A stretch of 64,000 bases of DNA from Bacillota bacterium (GCA_023410595.1 JAEYPO010000001.1:192051-256050); one strand, 5' to 3'; positions 38,236 through 45,844 are shown, counted from the first letter of the stretch. Numbers and translations: made by a program. The notes: generated from the sequence alone by a model not told the origin.

Positions 38236-39158
38236 AGAAAACGGGTTTGGCCACGCTGGCCGCGCTGCTCCTCTGCGCCGTGCTGGCGAGCGGCTGCTCC
38301 ACGCCGGAGCCGGACGAGGTTTTATATATCGTCGGGGTCTCGCAGGCGAACCTCATCGAATCCTGGCAGCTCGATCTGAACGAGGAGATCAAGCAGGCGG
38401 CTGGGGCGTATAAAAACGTGAAGGTCATGTATGCGGACGCGGGCGGCAGCGAAGAAAAGCAGAGCGCGGATATCGAAGACATGCTCGCTTGGGAGGTCGA
38501 CGCGATAATTGTAACGCTGTGCAGTACCGAGGCCGTCGCTCCCATGCTTCAGAAGGCGTACGAAAGCGGCATAGAGATCATCGAGATTGGAGACGCGCCG
38601 GACGCGCAATATTATTCGGCGAGGATATATACGGACAACCGAAAAATAGGCGTTATGGCGGGTGAATGTGCCGCCGGGCTGCTCGGCGGGAAAGGGATCG
38701 TGCTTGAGATGCAGGGAGACGTATATACGAAGGCGGCTCGGGAGCGCAAGGAGGGCTTTCTGGAAGCGCTGGAAAGCTACCCGGAGATCATCAAGCGTTA
38801 TGTCGTCATCGGCGGGTGGACGCGCGACGGCGCGGCGACGGCGCTTAAGGCGAGCACGCTGCTTGAACGGGAGTTGGTGCCCCAGCTTATCTTTGCGCAT
38901 AACGACGAGATGGCGATCGGCGCGAGCAAGGTCGCCGAGGAAATGAGCCTGGATATAATGATAATCGGTGTCGACGCACTTTCCGGCGAAAACAAAGGGC
39001 TGACCGCCCTAAAAGACGGCTGGTTGGACGCGACGATCTCAAACGGCCCCGGAGGCAGGGAGGCCGTTGAATATGTCGTTAGGCTACTCGGCGGAGAGAC
39101 GATCCCGCGCGAGATCGAGCTGGAACCAAAGCTGTATACCGCGGAGGATGTGCGATGA
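38232..39158 (+). CDS. Periplasmic-binding-protein-type lipoprotein (RbsB/LacI-like fold), probable accessory sugar sensor
   Basis: ATGA overlap with the regulator gene. Lipobox LLLCAVLASGC. PBP type I fold (VDAIIVTL, AHNDEMAIGASKVAEE, IIGVDA). Confidence 0.85.
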   Translation: MKKTGLATLAALLLCAVLASGCSTPEPDEVLYIVGVSQANLIESWQLDLNEEIKQAAGAYKNVKVMYADAGGSEEKQSADIEDMLAWEVDAIIVTLCSTEAVAPMLQKAYESGIEIIEIGDAPDAQYYSARIYTDNRKIGVMAGECAAGLLGGKGIVLEMQGDVYTKAARERKEGFLEALESYPEIIKRYVVIGGWTRDGAATALKASTLLERELVPQLIFAHNDEMAIGASKVAEEMSLDIMIIGVDALSGENKGLTALKDGWLDATISNGPGGREAVEYVVRLLGGETIPREIELEPKLYTAEDVR

Positions 39159-40198
39159 CGAGCGGAGCCAAAAAACTGTTGACGCTGCTCGCGGCCTGCA
39201 TTTTCGCGCTGGGCTTCTGTTCCTGTGCGGAGGAAGTGCCTCCGGCGGCGCCTGGCCAACAAACTGCGGAGCCGGAGGCTGCGCCCACGGTAGAGCGCGG
39301 GCAGAATCCAGACGCCATCCGCATAGGCGTTTCCATGCAGGGCTGGCAGAAGCCATATGTGCGCCGGGTACGCGACTGCATACTGGCCGAGGGCGAAAAG
39401 CTTGCGGGGCAGGTAGAGATCACCATGCTGAATGGCGACGAGGACGCGGAAAAGCAGAATGCCCAGATCGAGAAGTTCATTTCCCAAAAGATGGACGTCA
39501 TCATATTTAACCCGACCTCCTATGAAGACTGCGAGCTCGGCGTTGAGCTGGCGAGCGAGAGCGGCGTTCCGTTGGTGTTCGTCATAACGACCACTAAAAA
39601 TGCGGAAAAGGCGCAGGCATACGCCATTTCAGACCACAAGGTCTCCGCGCTCATACAGATGGATATGGTTGCCGAATATCTGCATGGCGAGGGCAATATC
39701 GTCATGCTGCGCGGCATAAAGGGCATTGAATCGGAGATCGCCAGAACTGAAGGCTACTACGAGAAGCTCGAGGAATATTCGGATATAAACCTGCTGGACA
39801 TCCAGACCGCGGGCTGGACGCGCGAGGATGCATATGCGATAGTGGAAAACTGGATACGCCTGGGCATGGATATAGATGCCATAGTTTCGCAGAACGACAA
39901 CATGGCGATAGGAGCGCTTCAAGCCGTCGAGGAGGCGGGTAAGGAAGGGGAGATTGCCGTGTTCGGAATAGACGGCGATAAAGACGCGCTTCAGCTCGTC
40001 AAGCAGGGAAAGCTCACAGGAACGGTCAATCACGACGCCCAGGGCCAAGCGGAAAAGGCAGTCGAATACGCCGTCAAGCTCGCTCGGGGCGAGACGGTCG
40101 AGAGCGAATTCGTCCCCTTTGAGCGGGTGGACGGCACAAATGTTGATGAGTTTATTCGCAGGCAGGCCAACGAACCGCAGAACGCCGAAGATCTCTAG
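39155..40198 (+). CDS. Second periplasmic sugar-binding lipoprotein (RbsB-like)
   Basis: ATGA overlap with the previous gene. Lipobox ACIFALGFCSC. PBP fold motifs (MDVIIFNP, SQNDNMAIGALQAVEEAG, VFGIDG). Confidence 0.85.
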   Translation: MTSGAKKLLTLLAACIFALGFCSCAEEVPPAAPGQQTAEPEAAPTVERGQNPDAIRIGVSMQGWQKPYVRRVRDCILAEGEKLAGQVEITMLNGDEDAEKQNAQIEKFISQKMDVIIFNPTSYEDCELGVELASESGVPLVFVITTTKNAEKAQAYAISDHKVSALIQMDMVAEYLHGEGNIVMLRGIKGIESEIARTEGYYEKLEEYSDINLLDIQTAGWTREDAYAIVENWIRLGMDIDAIVSQNDNMAIGALQAVEEAGKEGEIAVFGIDGDKDALQLVKQGKLTGTVNHDAQGQAEKAVEYAVKLARGETVESEFVPFERVDGTNVDEFIRRQANEPQNAEDL

Positions 40199-40621
40199 GC
40201 GGGGAAGGCCACACGTCAGCAGGCCACGGTGTGTTGCGTCTATTAGACCCGCGTATGCGGATTCATATATTACCCGTGCTTCCGCGTTCTATTTCTATAT
40301 TGTATGGCGAATCTCGGGCAGCGGCGCAGGCAGCTGAGGCACATCACATGGCTTTCCTTCGTCTAGACCGGACGCTTTTCCCACAGCTCGGCGGCACCCG
40401 CCGAGTACTTTTTCACGCAGGACCAACCAGTCCTCCACGCCCGCCGCGCGGAACCGATCATCGCGCCGCACATGAGCTGCATGAACATCACCGAGAGCAT
40501 CTCAAGTGGGAGAGCTCCTCCGTGCGTACAGAGCAATCAAAAATAGCGCGTATCCAAAAAACAGGGGACAAGCGCCAATATAGCATAGCTGTGACAGAGG
40601 CTGCGGCTGATACGGGCAATG

Positions 40622-40659
40622 CAAAAACTCCGAAATTAATATTAATTGTCGGAGTTTTT
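40622..40659. terminator. Bidirectional rho-independent terminator
   Basis: AAAAACTCCGA-N15-TCGGAGTTTTT is an 11-bp perfect stem with an A-run on the 5' side and a T-run on the 3' side. The loop AATTAATATTAATTG is nearly palindromic itself (14 of its 15 nt). Confidence 0.75.
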
Positions 40660-40825
40660 TAGTTGTACACTTTAGTGTGGTTTTGGGAGCGCAAGCGGAC
40701 AAAACCAAATAAACCACCGGCCTCTGCCGGTGGAGGGAGTAAGCTTTAGCTTTAAGAAAAAGACCTCCGATGTTAAGATGATGAAGGTTTGCCGACTGCA
40801 CCATCAACAAAGGAGGTATATCCAA

Positions 40826-40921
40826 AATGGACAAAAACAGTCTAGCACATACAGCCTGGGAATGTAAGTACCACATCAGCCTGTGCAAAAACCAAATGCG
40901 TAGATGGAGGCTGTTATATTA
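40826..40921 (+). pseudogene. IS200/IS605-family tnpA (Y1 transposase) remnant; only the first ~17 codons are conserved
   Basis: RBS AAAGGAGG followed by MDKNSLAHTAWECKYHI, which matches my recollection of the conserved IS200 TnpA N-terminus (MDKNSL.HT.W.CKYHIVF.PKYRR). Similarity is lost after that, and a stop follows at 40919-40921. A hairpin CCACCGGC-CTCT-GCCGGTGG lies upstream at 40713-40732, as expected for an IS200 left end. Confidence 0.7.
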
Positions 40922-40965
40922 AAATGGTATAATAGAGCCAGAAAACAAGAGGATTGGACAGGTAA

Positions 40966-41694
40966 GATGGCCTGAATGACACCGCCCGCAAGCTGGTATA
41001 TGTCGTCAAGCCATCGCCGTTTGATTACATAGAGAATTCGCTTATTTTTACGTCCACCCATACCGTATATCCAAATTACGAAAACGAGATATATTTCAAA
41101 ACACTTGCGGGTGAGGTGGACAAACTGATTCGCGTCAGCCACGGACATGCGCTGGTGTTGTTTACGTCATATAGGGCGATGAGAACGGTATACGAGCTGC
41201 TAAGGAAAAGAGATTACCCTTTCCCACTTTTCAAAACGAACAAGGGCGGCGGACAGGCGATTATCGATTTCAGGAAAAGCGACAACGCTGTCCTGTTGGG
41301 CTGCGGCCCATTATGGGAAGGTATGAACTTTGAAGGAGATAAGCTGTCGCACCTCATAATTACCAAGTTGCCGTTCCTGATTCCCGACCCGATTACGGAA
41401 TATAAACGCTCACAGATGGAAAGCGAAGATGAATATCGTCAGAAGATACTTATCCCTCAAATGCTGTTGAAGCTCAAGCAGGGGCTCGGCAGGGCGATAC
41501 GCACGGAATCGGACACGGCGGTCATCTCGATTATCGATTGCAGGGTGAACACAAATTACAGAAAGCCGGTACAAAATGCGCTGCCGGGGTGTCGGTACAC
41601 GTCGGACATTGAGGATGTAGCGCGGTTTTTCAGAGAGAAAAAAACGGACGAATACTTTGGGAGGTATGCAAATGGCAGCGTCAGAGTTAATTGA
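40966..41694 (+). pseudogene. DinG/Rad3-type ATP-dependent helicase, C-terminal fragment only (Helicase_C_2)
   Basis: The frame is open from 40966 (just after a TAA), upstream of the track's GTG 41116: ...KLVYVVKPSPFDYIENSLIFTSTHTVYPNYENEIYFKTLAGEVDKLIRVSHGHALVLFTSYRAM...WEGMNFEGDKLSHLIITKLPF...KQGLGRAIRTESDTAVISIIDCR. The Walker A and DEAH N-terminal half is missing. Confidence 0.7.
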
Positions 41695-41869
41695 TATTCG
41701 CTGTGTCAGCGTCGATATCAGGCTGCCTGTCAGGGACAGGGTGAAAAGCATGGTGCGGCAGATAAAAGACCCGTACCATTTCAGGCACAAGGACTTGACT
41801 GTTCATATCAATTTTATCGGTCAGGACAGCCTTGAAGACCGGATTATTGAGCTGTACAAAAATACATAG
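41672..41869 (+). CDS. Small DUF6870-like protein, a type often found upstream of serine recombinases in Clostridia elements
   Basis: MAASELIDIRCVSVDIRLPVRDRVKSMVRQIKDPYHFRHKDLTVHINFIGQDSLEDRIIELY. I recall the pattern DIR.V.ID..LP...R......QI.NPY.F from this family. RBS GGGAGG. Overlaps the end of the helicase fragment. Confidence 0.5.
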   Translation: MAASELIDIRCVSVDIRLPVRDRVKSMVRQIKDPYHFRHKDLTVHINFIGQDSLEDRIIELYKNT

Positions 41870-41881
41870 TCTCAAATTTTG

Positions 41882-41939
41882 TGGTCTCCTTCCTGTGTGC
41901 TACGGTGGATAAAGGCCACATTACACAGGAAGGAGACCA
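41882..41939 (+). promoter_or_regulatory. Perfect 17-bp inverted repeat (24-nt spacer) that includes the Shine-Dalgarno of the first recombinase gene
   Basis: The left arm TGGTCTCCTTCCTGTGT (41882-41898) is the exact reverse complement of the right arm ACACAGGAAGGAGACCA (41923-41939). The ATG is at 41942. An inner GTGG/CCAC pair extends the stem. Confidence 0.7.
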
Positions 41940-41941
41940 TT

Positions 41942-43348
41942 ATGGCAAGGAAACCATTTTATGTTCAAGCAGAAACCACATCACCGGACAGTTCTGAAAA
42001 CCGCTGGAGCGTGGCGCTGTATGTCCGCCTGTCACGTGATGACGGCGATAAACGGGAGAGCGACAGCGTGGTCAATCAGAAGAAGCTGCTGAACCATTAC
42101 ATCGAACAGCATGAGGAATTCTTGTCGGCCACTACCTTTGTCGATGAGAATTTTACGGGGACGAATTTCAACCGTCCCGATTTTCAGAGAATGGTTAAGG
42201 AAATCAAAGAGGGACGAATCAATTGTATCATCGTGAAGGATTTATCCCGCTTCGGCAGATCGTATCTGGAAGCTGGGAACTATCTTGAAAATGTGTTTCC
42301 GAAGTACAATTGCCGGTTTATATCCGTGATCGACGGCATTGACACCTATACCAATCCGGAATCTGTCAACGATATCATGGTATGGATCAAGAATATGATG
42401 CACGAATACAATTCACAGAGGATTTCAGTTAATGTCCGGGCAACCAAACATGCGCAGCAAAAGGCAGGCAAATACATTGCGCCGTTTGCGCCTTATGGAT
42501 ATCTTAAAGACCCGAATCACACCCACAGACTGATTGTGGATGAACAGATAAGACCGATCATTGAGAGTATTTATCGCTGGTATCTGCAGGGCATGGGCGA
42601 TATCCGCATCGCTAAAAAGCTCAATGACATGGGAATCGCGTCACGCTCTGCCTACAGGGAAACTGGCAGTCTGTATACGAATGTTGGGATGCGGACTGGT
42701 TCTTCATGGAGGGCGGGCGCGGTCACGGATATATTGACCAGCAAGCTGTACATGGGCGCGGTTGTGCAGCATAAAGAGACAACGCGCAACTATAAGGACA
42801 GGCGAACCGTACATTTGGATGAAAAGGACCAAATTATTGTATTTGATCAGCACGAACCTATCATATCAAAAGAGATGCTCTTACTGGTGCAGGAACGACG
42901 TCAAAAGTATTGCACAAAAACCTCGCCTAATGAAAACAAGCTCTATGTGCTGTCCGGCCTGCTGCGCTGTAAGGATTGCGGTCTTGCCATGATACGGAAC
43001 CCGAAGTTTGCCAAGGGCAAATGGTATGTCTATTACAAATGCAGGGCGTATAACCAGCGAGGGGTGACGGTATGCACACACAGTCATTCCATGCGCGAGG
43101 AAGATATTATGGAAGCGACGCTGGACGTGTTGAACATGCAGATTGCAACGTTGATTGACCTTAAGCGGTTACTGGAAAAGATCAGCATGGAAAAAAGAGG
43201 CAACAAAGCTGAGATTGATTTTGAGAAGGTAATAGCCGATAAAAAACGGGAGATCGTCAGAATCAAGAACAAAAAGGCTGACAGCTACAACGACTGGAAG
43301 GATGGCGTCATAGATAAGGGCGACTACCTGATGCTTAAGGATAAATAA
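41942..43348 (+). CDS. Large serine recombinase, ended prematurely by an in-frame TAA (resolvase catalytic domain, Recombinase domain, zinc ribbon)
   Basis: WSVALYVRLSRDDGDKRESDSVVNQ (catalytic Ser region), CIIVKDLSRFGRSY, Recombinase domain, and CKDCGLAM...YYKCRAY zinc ribbon. TAA at 43346-43348. Confidence 0.85.
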   Translation: MARKPFYVQAETTSPDSSENRWSVALYVRLSRDDGDKRESDSVVNQKKLLNHYIEQHEEFLSATTFVDENFTGTNFNRPDFQRMVKEIKEGRINCIIVKDLSRFGRSYLEAGNYLENVFPKYNCRFISVIDGIDTYTNPESVNDIMVWIKNMMHEYNSQRISVNVRATKHAQQKAGKYIAPFAPYGYLKDPNHTHRLIVDEQIRPIIESIYRWYLQGMGDIRIAKKLNDMGIASRSAYRETGSLYTNVGMRTGSSWRAGAVTDILTSKLYMGAVVQHKETTRNYKDRRTVHLDEKDQIIVFDQHEPIISKEMLLLVQERRQKYCTKTSPNENKLYVLSGLLRCKDCGLAMIRNPKFAKGKWYVYYKCRAYNQRGVTVCTHSHSMREEDIMEATLDVLNMQIATLIDLKRLLEKISMEKRGNKAEIDFEKVIADKKREIVRIKNKKADSYNDWKDGVIDKGDYLMLKDK

Positions 43349-43357
43349 GACTCGGGT

Positions 43358-43642
43358 TTGAAAAAACTCAGTGACGAGATATACGCGCTGGGAGACGAAA
43401 TGGCGCTACGAAGCTCTATCCTGAACAACGAATTGGATTGGCTCAAAAGCATTGTGCAGTGCGGCAGGATAAAAGAACTGACCCGTGAGATTGCAGTATC
43501 ACTGATTGACACGATTTACGTGGATAGGGATAAGCACTTGACCATTGATTTTAAATTCAGGAACGAGTATGAAACGCTGATTCGCGTGATGTCCGGTATG
43601 GGCTATCCGGACGCAGCGAGAATGGAGGCCGGACATGTTTAA
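43358..43642 (+). CDS. Detached C-terminal (coiled-coil/DUF4368-like) segment of the same recombinase; same frame as 41942-43348
   Basis: LTREIAVSLIDTIYVDRDKHLTIDFKFRNEYE parallels the intact C-terminus of the downstream paralogue (LSQLVEEIYVDGEKSISVNFKFRDEIK). There is no convincing RBS before TTG 43358. Confidence 0.5.
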   Translation: MKKLSDEIYALGDEMALRSSILNNELDWLKSIVQCGRIKELTREIAVSLIDTIYVDRDKHLTIDFKFRNEYETLIRVMSGMGYPDAARMEAGHV

Positions 43643-45278
43643 TGCCAGCGCATTGATGAACGTAGACATCATTGAGAATGTGAACTGGAATACCGCCATT
43701 TATGTGCGCATCTCCGAAGAAGAAAAAAGGAAGACGATCACAGACAGCATTGAAAACCAGAAGGAGATTCTACAGCAGTACGCCGCCGTACACCGTTTGA
43801 ATGTGTATAAGGTATATGAAGATGATGGTGTCCGCGGAGGAAGCTTTAACCGTCCGGCGTTCAACGACATGATCCGGGATATAGAAGCCGGAAATATCAA
43901 TTGTGTGCTGGTGAAGGATTTGTCCCGTTTTGGCAGGGAACACATTGATGCTGACCACTATTTGGAGCGATATTTTCCTCAAAAAGGCGTCAGATTCATA
44001 TCGGTGATACAGGGGCTCGACAGCGTGGCAGACCCGCACAGGATGAACAGTATCGAAGTGCCGATGCTCAACATTTTCAACGAACAGTATCTCAGACAGG
44101 TGTCCAACTCCACAAAGGCGAGCTTGATGATAAAGCGCAAGGAAGGCAAATTTGTGGGGAGTATAGTCCCATATGGGTACATGCGCGACCCGAAAGACAA
44201 GCACCATCTTGTGATTGATGAAGAAGCCTGTATTGTTGTGCGGGACATATTCAAGTGGTTATTGGAGTATACCAGCCTGAACGAGATTGCGGCGCGTCTG
44301 AACAGTATGGGCGTCCTTTCACCTAACGCCTACAGGCGCAGTAAAAATGTCAAGCCGCTCAAAGCGTCAAGCTGGACGCACATGGTTGTAAAAGACATAT
44401 TGACGCAACCGATATATACGGGCGACATGGTTCAAGGAAAGACCTATTCGTATAACTGTAAGGTAAATAAGCGTGAGCCATTGCCCAAAGAAAAGTGGGA
44501 TATTACGCCGGATACGCATGAGGCGATTATTGAGAAAACCGTGTTTCGGCAGGCGCAGAGTCTGCTGGAGAGGAAATCCAAGCCTAAGAGGACAGAAAAG
44601 AAAACGCCGCCATCTGTCTTTGCAGGATTTTTAATCTGTAAGGAATGTGGAAAACAGATGGTGAGGAATACGGCGTATTACACCAACGAGCTGGGAGAAC
44701 GTGTTGCCTATAACCGATACGTGTGTTCAACCGCAAAAAAGTATGGCGCGAAGGTCTGCAGTACGCATTTGATTCGTGAAGACGTTCTGAAGGAAATTCT
44801 GCTTGAAGTAATCGACACGTTGGTGAGTAGCATGATGAATGTGGCTGAAACCATATCGAAAGCGGAGCGCGTCAAGTTGAAAAAACAGATTGGCGTGTTG
44901 GAAAACCTGCACTATGTGAACACGCAGTCCATACAAAAGCTGAACGAACGCATATCGGGGCTGTATGGCGATTATAAGGATGAAATCATTTCCCTAGCTG
45001 AATACAAGGACATGAAGGCACGGTTCACGGATGACAAAGCCCGCATTGAAACACAGCAGGCCAGCATACAGGAGCAGATACGCACACTTGAAACGACAGA
45101 CGATACGCCGTACGAAGCTGTTCAGCATTACATGAGATTCAAGGATATTGCTGACATTGACCGTAGCGTGTTATCTCAGTTGGTGGAAGAAATCTATGTG
45201 GACGGCGAGAAAAGCATATCGGTCAATTTCAAGTTCAGGGATGAGATAAAGCAATACTGCGCCATTCTTGATGAGTAA
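43635..45278 (+). CDS. Large serine recombinase (intact, 547 aa)
   Basis: TAIYVRISEEEKRKTITDSIENQ, CVLVKDLSRFGREH, Recombinase domain, CKECGKQM...YVCSTAKKYGAKVC zinc ribbon, coiled coil, and a DUF4368-like end. Overlaps the preceding ORF by 8 nt. Confidence 0.9.
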   Translation: MFNASALMNVDIIENVNWNTAIYVRISEEEKRKTITDSIENQKEILQQYAAVHRLNVYKVYEDDGVRGGSFNRPAFNDMIRDIEAGNINCVLVKDLSRFGREHIDADHYLERYFPQKGVRFISVIQGLDSVADPHRMNSIEVPMLNIFNEQYLRQVSNSTKASLMIKRKEGKFVGSIVPYGYMRDPKDKHHLVIDEEACIVVRDIFKWLLEYTSLNEIAARLNSMGVLSPNAYRRSKNVKPLKASSWTHMVVKDILTQPIYTGDMVQGKTYSYNCKVNKREPLPKEKWDITPDTHEAIIEKTVFRQAQSLLERKSKPKRTEKKTPPSVFAGFLICKECGKQMVRNTAYYTNELGERVAYNRYVCSTAKKYGAKVCSTHLIREDVLKEILLEVIDTLVSSMMNVAETISKAERVKLKKQIGVLENLHYVNTQSIQKLNERISGLYGDYKDEIISLAEYKDMKARFTDDKARIETQQASIQEQIRTLETTDDTPYEAVQHYMRFKDIADIDRSVLSQLVEEIYVDGEKSISVNFKFRDEIKQYCAILDE

Positions 45279-45322
45279 ACGCACGCAATATTGATATACG
45301 AATTTTATGGTGATATAGTAAT

Positions 45323-45347
45323 AGCACATCCGAAAACCGGATGTGCT
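45323..45347. terminator. Stem-loop between the recombinase 3' end and the tRNA-Ser 3' end (possible bidirectional terminator)
   Basis: AGCACATCCG-AAAAC-CGGATGTGCT is a 10-bp perfect stem. The flanking T-runs are weak. Confidence 0.4.
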
Positions 45348-45394
45348 AAACTCTTTGAACAGGAACTTGTTTTTTTGTGTCCTATTGTAGATTT

Positions 45395-45485
45395 TGGCGG
45401 AGAGAGAGGGATTCGAACCCTCGGTACGCTTTCACGCACACACGATTTCCAATCGTGCGCCTTAGACCAGCTCAGCCATCTCTCC
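45395..45485 (-). tRNA. tRNA-Ser (anticodon GGA), class II with long variable arm, encoded CCA
   Basis: The reverse complement reads GGAGAGATGGCTGAGCTGGTCTAAGGCGCACGATTGGAAATCGTGTGTGCGTGAAAGCGTACCGAGGGTTCGAATCCCTCTCTCTCCGCCA. Acceptor stem GGAGAGA/TCTCTCC, anticodon loop TTGGAAA, T-arm GAGGGTTCGAATCCCTC. Confidence 0.95.
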
Positions 45486-45688
45486 AAGTCATACTGAAAG
45501 CAAAACTTTCAGAAGCGTATTATTGGTTCACAAAAACAGCAAGTTTTTAAAGTTATTTAAATCACGCGAAGGCTATTTTATCATAACGCGGTCAAAATAA
45601 CAACACTCTAAAACGATAAAAATAATCTCATAAATATCGGTATACGGCAAAAAATACTTATGATAAACAACGATGAAAGGTGGTTTGC

Positions 45689-45844
45689 ATGGACATATAT
45701 AAATCCGGACAGAAGGCGCCTCAAAGCGGCGACTATAAAATCGTCAACTCCAGAGGGCAGATAGTACGAAGCGGGATTACGCTCGACAAAGGCGATTCGT
45801 TCCCGCCGACGCCCGGCTCCAATCAGCATTTCGAAAAAGAATAG
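45689..45844 (+). CDS. YjzC-like small protein (51 aa), not in the ORF track because it is under 60 aa
   Basis: RBS GAAAGGTGG, then ATG 45689. MDIYKSGQKAPQSGDYKIVNSRGQIVRSGITLDKGDSFPPTPGSNQHFEKE resembles the YjzC pattern as I recall it (G.KAP..G.Y......G.........L.KGD.FPPT......). Confidence 0.6.
   Translation: MDIYKSGQKAPQSGDYKIVNSRGQIVRSGITLDKGDSFPPTPGSNQHFEKE

Larger units (their letters stand above)
40664..45394. mobile_element. Decayed integrative-element remnant (IS200 stub, truncated helicase, DUF6870-like gene, two large serine recombinases) next to the tRNA-Ser 3' end. Boundaries are approximate.
   Basis: Based on the gene content listed below. Base composition is visibly more AT-rich than the flanking sugar locus. 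It ends within 116 nt of the tRNA-Ser 3' terminus. No att duplication could be identified by eye. Confidence 0.55.

Noticed and set aside
40231-40662. 143-aa plus-strand ORF after the last binding-protein gene
   Set aside because: Its Arg/Pro/His-rich sequence (PPRPPRGTDHRAAHELHEHHREH) has no RBS or recognisable domain, and it runs through a terminator hairpin. I treated it as non-coding or decayed and flagged the interval as a finding instead.
41882-41939. The 17-bp inverted repeats as boundaries of an invertible promoter switch
   Set aside because: The arms are only 24 nt apart, which is too short for a recombinase-driven invertible segment. I kept this as an RBS-occluding hairpin or protein-binding dyad instead.
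43346-43348. In-frame TAA in the recombinase as programmed readthrough or an alternative genetic code
   Set aside because: TAA is used as an ordinary stop by neighbouring genes, including in this element (for example at 45276-45278). No recoding signals are evident, so a nonsense mutation or sequencing error is more parsimonious.
45291-45497. ORFs 45291-45497 (+) and 45305-45487 (-)
   Set aside because: Both overlap the tRNA-Ser gene, and their translations are by-products of the tRNA sequence.
45608-45829. 73-aa minus-strand ORF
   Set aside because: It is antisense to a better-supported YjzC-like small gene that has an RBS, and the ORF itself has no RBS or homology features.
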